Program-made: the position numbers and the translations under genes
The notes under the pieces: model-generated
Database searches by the model: none
What the model saw: only the letters and a program-made list of their open reading frames with translations
What the model was told of the DNA's origin: nothing
IMG/VR virus record: IMGVR_UViG_3300031463_000547
Location: 2,031-66,030 of that record
Source of the DNA: a virus
Lineage: Duplodnaviria; Caudoviricetes
Direction: 5' to 3' (one strand)
DNA: 64,000 bases
Shown: piece after piece, positions 56,678 to 64,000 of the stretch
Numbering within the stretch: the first letter of the stretch is position 1
Layout of the letters: each line of letters opens with the position of its first letter

Positions 56678-58800
56678 CCCAACAGGTTCTGAAACGGGAT
56701 TTGCCAATATCGGTAGCAACCGAGCCGGGGATCAGGTGGCTCATCAACATTCCGGCGATAGCTGATACCGACGCCTGCACATACGACAAAACCGTAGCTG
56801 ATCCGGTAACTAAGACGGTGTTTTTGCGGCCGATGCAACTCGAACCAGACTGCACGCCGGTTCCGTTGGCTTGGCAAGACCCCCTGCCATCCGGCTGGGA
56901 GATAGTCGCTGTAGGCTCATCGGCGAATACATATTTATTGAGCCAAGGTGTCCAGACCTCGACTGTTTCGACGGCCGCTGCGATTCCTGCCAACAGTGGG
57001 ATCGTCGTATCGTTTTTCGTGTATGGCTCGCTGGGTGTAAACGGAAACTACAAAGCACTTGTGTTGGGGTTCGGCGGTTATAGCATAGAGATTTATGCCG
57101 ATGGCCGGTCCGTGCTCAAGAAGGGCAACTCGGAAATTGGCGAGGGGTGGTTATGCGACAGGAACGGAAATCTGTGTGGGCGATACACACGGCTGCTGAT
57201 CCTGCCATTTAACAGGCGTGATATTCTGTTCTGGTCCGATGCTGGCGGCTCGTGGGTGCATCATGATCTGAGCCTGAGCCTGAATGCAGCAAACAACACC
57301 ATTACCAGCGAAGCTGCAGTCACAGTTCAGTTCCCCAACTCCAAGGCACTCGTGCAGATACAGCGAGCGACGTATCCGGCAAGTGGGAGTTTTGCGGTTA
57401 GGGCGCGCGCCATCGGCTATGATCCCAGCGACACGACCGCACCCAACAAGACGCTGGTTGTGTATAAAGACACCCCTGGCGAATCTGCTGTAACCGCATC
57501 GGCTGCTATAACGCGAAACCAGACGAGCCATGTGCAGGAGGTCACTTTGACGCTGACCTTGAGCGCCGGCAATGACAATCACTGCACTCCCTTCGTCTAT
57601 GCGGCCGAAATGCGTTGGCCTCATAGCAAGCAAACGCGAACAGGAGCCTCTACCGAAACCGCATTGCGGTCGTTGGCGCGCACACAACACATCGATCCCG
57701 AACTACAGAAGGCCAGCTTAGTAATAGATCCGGTCGATGTAGACAATGACAGCGGTTGGCCGATGGGAATGGATGTGGGCAGCTCAGTGGGATTGTATGA
57801 CGGCAGTGAAAATGAGCTGTTTGTTGGACTGCTGAGTGCTCCTGAATTGCTCGGCGCGCAAGCGCCGTCGGCTCAATTGCAAGCAGATAGCCTGTGGAAG
57901 CAACTCAAGATGGCAGTGTTTCCATGCGACTGTAGATTGGATGGAATGACCGATTCAGAGGTCATTCGATTATGCTTGGACTTGGCAGGCATAGCAGACG
58001 ACAAAATGGAAATTGCAGAGGGCACACAATTGCCGGCAGACCCGCGAGGCAAGACCACCCTTTTTCCGGTTCAGGCAGGTACCACTGCCGACGTGGTAGC
58101 TCGGCAAATTGCAGATTTGATGAGCAATTGGGTGTTGACCATGCGCTCTATCGCAGGCGTGCAGAAGGTTTGTTACGGACCGGAATCTGGTGGGGAATCA
58201 GTCAAGACATTTCATCAGTCACATCTCGCTGCCGGTTGGAAACATGCCTACTGGTCAAACCTCCGAACATGGAAGGCCCCAATAGCCGGCGGAGATATTC
58301 CATTCAATATCATTGTTGTACGCGGCAAGGCCATTGATGGCGATTATATCTATGGCCGCTATCCCGCATATGGCGAACCGAATCCACAGGCAGACCCCAA
58401 CCTCCATGAATCCGAACGGCCCCCGCGTTGGTATGGCGCTCCGGTTGTCAAATACTACGTCGATGACCGCCTGTGCAACCAAGACGTCGTGGATCATGTC
58501 GTCGATGTGCTCAAGGCGCGCTATATCGACGGCAAAATCTTCGCGTCATGGATCGCCGACAACGATGATGCAGTAAACATGGGATCGCTGGTCACTCTCG
58601 AAGGTCATGGCCAATTTCGAGTCATCTCTATCACGCCGACGCGGCACGAAGAGCAATATAGTGGACGCGCTGCTGTAATCGGGGCAATGCCCGTCGTATG
58701 GGATGCTCTAACTGCTCCACTCGATAACCAATTGGCCCAGATAGTGGGCCGGCATCATGAATACCTCCCTGTCCGATACGTTGGCGAGAAGGTGGCGTGA
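56674..58800 (+). CDS. tail tip/hub protein 2
   Basis: Architecture similar to 52683..55034 (NIIVVRG, YYVDDRL, GSLVTLEG). Confidence 0.55.
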   Translation: MTQQVLKRDLPISVATEPGIRWLINIPAIADTDACTYDKTVADPVTKTVFLRPMQLEPDCTPVPLAWQDPLPSGWEIVAVGSSANTYLLSQGVQTSTVSTAAAIPANSGIVVSFFVYGSLGVNGNYKALVLGFGGYSIEIYADGRSVLKKGNSEIGEGWLCDRNGNLCGRYTRLLILPFNRRDILFWSDAGGSWVHHDLSLSLNAANNTITSEAAVTVQFPNSKALVQIQRATYPASGSFAVRARAIGYDPSDTTAPNKTLVVYKDTPGESAVTASAAITRNQTSHVQEVTLTLTLSAGNDNHCTPFVYAAEMRWPHSKQTRTGASTETALRSLARTQHIDPELQKASLVIDPVDVDNDSGWPMGMDVGSSVGLYDGSENELFVGLLSAPELLGAQAPSAQLQADSLWKQLKMAVFPCDCRLDGMTDSEVIRLCLDLAGIADDKMEIAEGTQLPADPRGKTTLFPVQAGTTADVVARQIADLMSNWVLTMRSIAGVQKVCYGPESGGESVKTFHQSHLAAGWKHAYWSNLRTWKAPIAGGDIPFNIIVVRGKAIDGDYIYGRYPAYGEPNPQADPNLHESERPPRWYGAPVVKYYVDDRLCNQDVVDHVVDVLKARYIDGKIFASWIADNDDAVNMGSLVTLEGHGQFRVISITPTRHEEQYSGRAAVIGAMPVVWDALTAPLDNQLAQIVGRHHEYLPVRYVGEKVA

Positions 58801-61800
58801 TGTGGAAGCTGGTTGATAGCGACGCCGGCGACCATCATTTGTGGGCTGAGTGCGAGCTGCGCGGCATATTCTCGTTCGATGCTGAGCAGGGCTGGCGTGG
58901 TAAATCCGGGCGAGTCTACATAACGTTCGGTGCAACAGGGGCGCGCTACGTCAGCGTCGACGATGCCTATCCCCTCTGGCACGTCGAGGGAGAGGGTGAG
59001 AACGAGCACCTCGTTGTCGATGGCGTGCGGTGGGTTCTGAAATATTTCACCTACGACACCGAGCGCGAAATTATTCACGACGATCTGGAATGCGTCAATG
59101 AATCCGGCACGACTGCAGATTCCAGCGTGACGCTGAGAATCGATCTGCACGGCACGCTCATACGCGAGGCCGAGCTGTTGCCGGGTGCGGAGGTCAACGA
59201 TGTCGGCGTTCGCACCTACCGCTACGTTCCCTCGCCGGAGCCGCTCGGCGATATGATTGCCCGCTGGCGCGAGCGCGCCGAGTCCTACAATGTCAGTCTG
59301 TCGTTCGCGGGCGAGAGTGATAATTGGGTGGTACCGGTCTCACAGACGTATGCCCTCGATGAAATCTCGATCAACGCATACGGTGTGGTGAGACAGTATG
59401 CTCAGACGATACCGAACAGCGCTGAGACCGTATGGGTCAGCGGGACGTATGGCCGGTCGCGCGCGGGCGCGTGCAGGGAGACCAGAACGCTCCATTTGGA
59501 ACTGCCGCCGAACGAACAGAGTGGATTTCCCGGCAGCAATATGACGTTTCAGGCCGGAAACGGCTCGTTCTCGGTCGCGGGCGGCGTCCTGAATGGCTAT
59601 TCCAACTGGGGCGAGGGTGTTACCGGTTGGGACGGCGGGTTTACGTTCGTGGACTACGAGGGGCCGTACGCGCTGGATTACAGCGAGTCGATTGCCAACA
59701 TGGACGGCACGGATCGCAGCCCGATGCGGTTGGCAACCCCGCAGCGGCATTCCCGGCTGGTTAAAACGCCTATCGACCAGGAGCTGCCGGAGGGCGCGGT
59801 CTACACCTATGCCAGCAACCACACGGGGCAGAACGACCAGACGCGCTACGCGTGGAGCTGGACGTATGATGACTGCGAGGAAATTGAGCTCACGGATGAA
59901 CCGTTCGAAATCGAGTTTGCGGGACGCGTTCAATTCCGTTGGCCGTCGCTGGCGTGGAACGGCTCGTGGGAAACGTTTTCAGACGTGCCCTACGGTGCAG
60001 ATATTGGCTACGATCTGGGCAGGGTGACGCTGCCGGACGTTCGGCCTACGTGGGGGGGCGACGATTGGGTGGAGGGCAGCGCGCGAGAGCCCGCACATCC
60101 CCCGTGGGAGCCGCAGCCCGCTCCCGTCGGTTACGATCCTGAAACCGGCGAACCGGGCTACAGCGCGGTCGATCCCCCGTGGTATGACGATCTCGTGCTC
60201 CTGAACGGATCGGGATTGGAAATCGAGAACGCCCTGCAGATTGAACTGGTTGGGCCGGGCGAGTTCCTGCCGGGCGTCCCACTCAATTTCGCTGATGCAC
60301 GGTATGAGTGGGATAACGGCCAGGTTGTCGGAGATTATCTGGAGGTTGCGGTCGGTGCGCAGGCAGTGACTGCCGACAGTGGAGATATTCTGCAGACGTG
60401 GACACGGCTGAACGGGGCACGATTCGCGGTCGTGCGCTGGCAGGCGAATCGCGCAGGCGCGACGGCTCAACTCTGGTTCGGCGATCACTGCTGGACGCTC
60501 ACGGCGGAGGGCACGGGTGAGCAGCAGACTGAAATCGATCTCGCCGTGCCGCACGAAACAAACGTCGCGGGCGATGGTGCAATGCAGAGCATCGCACCAT
60601 ATGAAAAACCCCTCGACCTGCCGGTATGGAACGAATCTGCAGAGCGGCCTGAGCGCGGCGCGGAATCGAGTTACGACTGGCAGTATCCCGCGGGGTGGGG
60701 CGTTGGTGTGGTCACGCGCATCAAACTGGTGTGCGAGACCCCCGAAACGACATATCAGTTTCGCGATGTGCGGTTGAAACGCAAACCCGTCCAGGACGGC
60801 GGGTTTGCGGTGCTGGAGATACTGCCGCAGGCCGGGCCGTGGAGCGACACGCGGCTGTACAGCGATTTCGCGTACGGGCAATCCGGTGACCAGAACTGGT
60901 ATAGCGATCCCCGACCGGTTGCGCTGATACCGAAGGGTTGTTTGATCGTAGACGGGGTAGTTGCGTGGGAACTGGTTGCCGGTCATACGCAGGTTGATGA
61001 GGATTACAACTCACCGACCGGGCTGCGGCAGTGGTACGTTTACTATCGACTCTCGCGACCCATCGACGCGGCAGGCGCAACAACTGCAGACCATCAGGGG
61101 ATCGGTCTGCCACTGGACAGTTACGTTGAACCGACGGCGTACGCGATCAACGGGATCGCAACAATTACGCCGTATCCAGCAGACTGGCAGTCTGAGTATG
61201 CGCTGGAGGTTTATGCGCTCGTAGCGTTCCTGGAGGGCGGGCGCTATTGGCCGGATGCTCAAAATCGCATCGTCGTGCCACTGCGCATACGACCGCACTG
61301 GTGGCAGATTGCGCCCGGCAGCCGTCCGCTGCCCGCGGGCACGCACAAGCGATTTCGAGGCTGCGTGCAGGGCATTGCCCTGGCCGCCCCTGGGCGGGCA
61401 GCGTCCGGAGGGACGGTGACGGTCAGCACGCCCGATGCGTCGCCGGGAGCCGAGGAGACGCAGGCCGTCGAGGTCAGCCACATCGGCTGGTGGGAATCGA
61501 AGGCATTGAACACCCGTGGACCAGCCCATGTGGAGGGAACAGGTGATTCGTTGGAAATTACGCTGCGATCCCGGTTCTACAGCCGCATAGCCGGAGTGAC
61601 CGCAGCATTATTGCTCGCAGGTATCTCGATTGATGAGGAGCCTGCAGGGCGCATATATCTCGCGTATGCACAGGGCGGCGGTATCCGCATTATACATTCT
61701 GATCAGTTTGGCGAGGCATGGTCTACACCAGTGATTGCCGCAACCAACGGCTGCACGCCAGCAATCTCTGCATGCTGGTTAGATCGGCGGCAATGCCTTT

Positions 61801-62165
61801 GTCTGATCTACGTCCGAGATGGTCATCTGCTACGGCGTACGAGTGCCGATGAAGGAGAGACATGGAGTGATGAAATGGAACTGTTTGCAGGAACGAGACC
61901 AGTCATCTGTCATGATCGATCTACAGGGATGAAATTGTTGTTCTATCGGGACGGCAGTGACCTGAAGGTTCGGCGTTCAACAGATAACTTCGCAACGTGG
62001 ATTGAGGCTGCACAGACGATAGCTGATGATGCAGCAGACGATTGTATTGCGGCTGAGTGGGTTGGAGATCGAGCACATCGGGTGATGGTCGTGTATCGCA
62101 GTACGAGCGGATCGCTCAGGACGATTTATAGCTCTGCAAACGGACTGCCGCCATACGAGGAATGA
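58797..62165 (+). CDS. large tail/receptor-binding protein with C-terminal Asp-box (BNR) repeats
   Basis: SDQFGEAWS, SADEGETWS, STDNFATW; last gene of the tail operon. Confidence 0.65.
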   Translation: MMWKLVDSDAGDHHLWAECELRGIFSFDAEQGWRGKSGRVYITFGATGARYVSVDDAYPLWHVEGEGENEHLVVDGVRWVLKYFTYDTEREIIHDDLECVNESGTTADSSVTLRIDLHGTLIREAELLPGAEVNDVGVRTYRYVPSPEPLGDMIARWRERAESYNVSLSFAGESDNWVVPVSQTYALDEISINAYGVVRQYAQTIPNSAETVWVSGTYGRSRAGACRETRTLHLELPPNEQSGFPGSNMTFQAGNGSFSVAGGVLNGYSNWGEGVTGWDGGFTFVDYEGPYALDYSESIANMDGTDRSPMRLATPQRHSRLVKTPIDQELPEGAVYTYASNHTGQNDQTRYAWSWTYDDCEEIELTDEPFEIEFAGRVQFRWPSLAWNGSWETFSDVPYGADIGYDLGRVTLPDVRPTWGGDDWVEGSAREPAHPPWEPQPAPVGYDPETGEPGYSAVDPPWYDDLVLLNGSGLEIENALQIELVGPGEFLPGVPLNFADARYEWDNGQVVGDYLEVAVGAQAVTADSGDILQTWTRLNGARFAVVRWQANRAGATAQLWFGDHCWTLTAEGTGEQQTEIDLAVPHETNVAGDGAMQSIAPYEKPLDLPVWNESAERPERGAESSYDWQYPAGWGVGVVTRIKLVCETPETTYQFRDVRLKRKPVQDGGFAVLEILPQAGPWSDTRLYSDFAYGQSGDQNWYSDPRPVALIPKGCLIVDGVVAWELVAGHTQVDEDYNSPTGLRQWYVYYRLSRPIDAAGATTADHQGIGLPLDSYVEPTAYAINGIATITPYPADWQSEYALEVYALVAFLEGGRYWPDAQNRIVVPLRIRPHWWQIAPGSRPLPAGTHKRFRGCVQGIALAAPGRAASGGTVTVSTPDASPGAEETQAVEVSHIGWWESKALNTRGPAHVEGTGDSLEITLRSRFYSRIAGVTAALLLAGISIDEEPAGRIYLAYAQGGGIRIIHSDQFGEAWSTPVIAATNGCTPAISACWLDRRQCLCLIYVRDGHLLRRTSADEGETWSDEMELFAGTRPVICHDRSTGMKLLFYRDGSDLKVRRSTDNFATWIEAAQTIADDAADDCIAAEWVGDRAHRVMVVYRSTSGSLRTIYSSANGLPPYEE

Positions 62166-62195
62166 TGATATGATATACTACAGTTGATGGGCATA

Positions 62196-62520
62196 ATGGC
62201 AGACTGGAAAGACTGTGATATGAATAACATTCTTTCGTGGGTTGGCGTTGCTATCGCTGGTGGCTCTCTGGTCGTAGCTGTCCTGTGAGGCACGTGATGT
62301 AAAGGTCACACTCGATGGGAAACCGCTAAGTGATCATCCTGCAGCTATACCACGTGATCCTATGCCTACGCACATTGGACCAAATTCTGAGGTGAGTTGC
62401 CTATTGGCTATCACCAAGGTAGGCTATAATGGTCGTCCCTGTGTGCCTCCATTTAAGATCAAAATCGAGTGGAATGACGATTCGGGCTCGTCCGCCTATT
62501 GCGGTGAGGTGACATATTAG
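62196..62520 (+). pseudogene. broken moron-like gene (TM N-terminus plus out-of-frame C-terminal domain)
   Basis: 30-aa hydrophobic ORF 62196-62288; a different frame (62284-62520) reads ARDVKVTLDGKPL...IGPNSE...PPFKIKIEWNDDSG... with no start of its own. Confidence 0.45.
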
Positions 62521-62527
62521 CTGAGAT

Positions 62528-62565
62528 TTAAAACAAGCAGGGCCGCCTACGCTCGCAGGCGGCCC
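62528..62565 (-). terminator. intrinsic terminator for the leftward accessory operon
   Basis: GGGCCGCCT/AGGCGGCCC stem followed on the minus strand by TGCTTGTTTT. Confidence 0.65.
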
Positions 62566-62585
62566 CACAGTGGACATAATGAGAA

Positions 62586-63257
62586 TCACATTAGTATAGC
62601 ATTGGATAGATAGTAGTACCCGTTCTTATGATCCTCAAGCGTGCCGATGACGGTACATTTGCGCCCGGCGCTTAATGATACCGCCTCGCGATCAGAGAGC
62701 TTCATGCTGGCCTTGACGCTGCATGGCCCGCATTGCATGGAAACCTCGTAGTTACCGACTCCAGACCCCTTAACATCTCGGATAACCGCTGGCCACTGCA
62801 CCTTATATCCCTTGAGGCTATTCCAATATGCCTCGCGTTGTGCTGACGTCATCTCCTTCGACGTCCATATACGGTCAATAACTTCCGGTGTGTACTGGTC
62901 TGGCGGTAGGAGCTTAGTATCCACCGGAACGACGGTCGCATTCGGTGGGGTTGCGGTCCGAATAATGATCTCTTTGGGCTTACCCGATTGGGCTTGGGCC
63001 TCAGCCAATTGCTGAGTCAGAATTGCAATTTTCTTCTGAAGCGCCTCTATGAGGCGATCTTTCGTTAGCGATGAGGTCGGCTTGAGCTTGAGTGCCTGCT
63101 GCCATTGCGAGATCGCCTCATCGAGATTGCCCGCATTCCATGCCTGCTCGCCAGCGACATAACATTTAGCAGCCTCCGAATCATTCTGCGCATTTGCCGC
63201 AATAGCGCACAGAAACAGAATCAGCGCAACTACTAACAACACAGTTTTCGATTTCAT
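62586..63257 (-). CDS. exported TPR plus OB-fold-like protein
   Basis: Signal peptide MKSKTVLLVVALILFLCAIAANA, TPR (GNLDEAISQWQQALKLKP), C-terminal KGYKVQWPAVIRDV...VIGTL; RBS AAGGAGG. Confidence 0.75.
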   Translation of the reverse strand: MKSKTVLLVVALILFLCAIAANAQNDSEAAKCYVAGEQAWNAGNLDEAISQWQQALKLKPTSSLTKDRLIEALQKKIAILTQQLAEAQAQSGKPKEIIIRTATPPNATVVPVDTKLLPPDQYTPEVIDRIWTSKEMTSAQREAYWNSLKGYKVQWPAVIRDVKGSGVGNYEVSMQCGPCSVKASMKLSDREAVSLSAGRKCTVIGTLEDHKNGYYYLSNAILM

Positions 63258-63271
63258 GGTCGCCTCCTTTG

Positions 63272-63700
63272 TTACAGAGAAAGCAGCGCGCTCGGCTCCA
63301 TGCGCACGCCCCGGGCGTGCACATCCCACCAGCGCTCGCACGCGTCTACTAGCGCTGCATGCTCGGCGATGTTGAGTTGCGCGAGTTTATCGCGCAGTTC
63401 CGGCAGGGCGTCCGGATACGGTACGTCCTCATCAGCCGCGTCCTGCGCGTTCCACAACAGCCCGCGCAGGCTGCTGGAGTCGGTAACTGTGCCATTGCTC
63501 AATGAGAGCAAATTGGCACAATCACACTCGTCGAACCTATCTCGGATGGAGCGGCGACCATCCTGAATGATGGCAAAATACCGCTCCAGTGATTCCCGAA
63601 CCGCGGCGGACATGCTGCCGCGGAACCCCGGGCGCTCGCGTTTGACCAGCTCGTCAATGAGCTGGTCAGGGAGGCGCACATCGATTTTACGACTGCTCAT
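63272..63700 (-). CDS. ribbon-helix-helix DNA-binding protein
   Basis: KIDVRLPDQLIDEL...SMSAAVRESLERY; RBS AAGGAGG. Confidence 0.7.
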   Translation of the reverse strand: MSSRKIDVRLPDQLIDELVKRERPGFRGSMSAAVRESLERYFAIIQDGRRSIRDRFDECDCANLLSLSNGTVTDSSSLRGLLWNAQDAADEDVPYPDALPELRDKLAQLNIAEHAALVDACERWWDVHARGVRMEPSALLSL

Positions 63701-63712
63701 ATTCTTCCTCCT

Positions 63713-64000
63713 TTAATCCTGGACGCGAGCAGCGCGCCATCCGCGCCACTCGCGTTGGCGCGTAACCGTGTACGCGCCGGGCGGCAGATCGATCACCCCG
63801 TGTTCGGGGTGGTCAACGCGCGCGCCGTTGATGGCGTTGATGATCGCTCCGGAGACCCGCAGGTCTCCAGTGAGCACGTGGGCGTGGCCCGTGATCTCGC
63901 CGCGGGCCAACTCGATGCGACGTCGTGGTGTTCCGTCGCTGGTTGCTGGGCCGACCTGTTCGATCAACAGATCGCCGTGCGCATACTGCATCAGTTTCAT
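63713..64000 (-). CDS. conserved hypothetical phage protein (His-rich, cupin-like)
   Basis: HGDLLI, LARGEITGHAH, HPEH..IDLPPGAYTVTRQRE motifs. Confidence 0.7.
   Translation of the reverse strand: MKLMQYAHGDLLIEQVGPATSDGTPRRRIELARGEITGHAHVLTGDLRVSGAIINAINGARVDHPEHGVIDLPPGAYTVTRQREWRGWRAARVQD

Noticed and set aside
59979-60986. 335-aa minus-strand ORF and other long antisense ORFs
   Set aside because: They lie wholly opposite well-supported genes in GC-rich sequence and carry no recognisable motifs.
52683-62165. Diversity-generating retroelement or invertible tail-fibre cassette
   Set aside because: No reverse transcriptase, invertase or TR/VR repeat pair was seen by eye.
1-64000. Integrase, att sites, tRNA genes, alternative genetic code
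   Set aside because: None was recognised. Genes tile densely in the standard code, and integration functions probably lie outside the window.

Overview
The window is most of a temperate tailed-phage (Caudoviricetes) genome or prophage; no integrase, att site or host gene is visible. From left to right it contains: (1) a lysogeny switch (ImmA-like protease, repressor, Cro-like gene, divergent sigma70 promoters, three operator-like repeats); (2) recombination and replication genes (PD-(D/E)XK exonuclease, RecT/Bet-like annealase, UvrD, lambda-O-like initiator with internal iterons, DnaB, RNase H, RusA); (3) a ~47 kb late region with a GpA-type terminase, portal, protease/scaffold, capsid, a sheathless tail and a lysis cassette; (4) leftward accessory genes. 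The best candidate for an undescribed system is late-gene control. Four copies of a conserved RNA element (15422, 33486, 40746, 47478) each form a small covarying hairpin that overlaps the 5' arm of an intrinsic terminator. Two copies of a GCAGTC-N15-GACTGC promoter dyad occur at 14677 and 38624, and a small YezD/DUF2292-like gene placed first in the late operon is the candidate RNA-binding antiterminator. A second candidate is a ~16 kb locus between portal and protease that encodes two SF2 helicases, a GHKL-peptidase fusion and a MutS-I/HARP-like protein. Most of these carry the same hydrophobic-x-K-[S/A/G] motif that recurs through the scaffold and begins the capsid protein, suggesting protease-processed capsid cargo. 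All functional calls come from reading motifs by eye; no database search was run.
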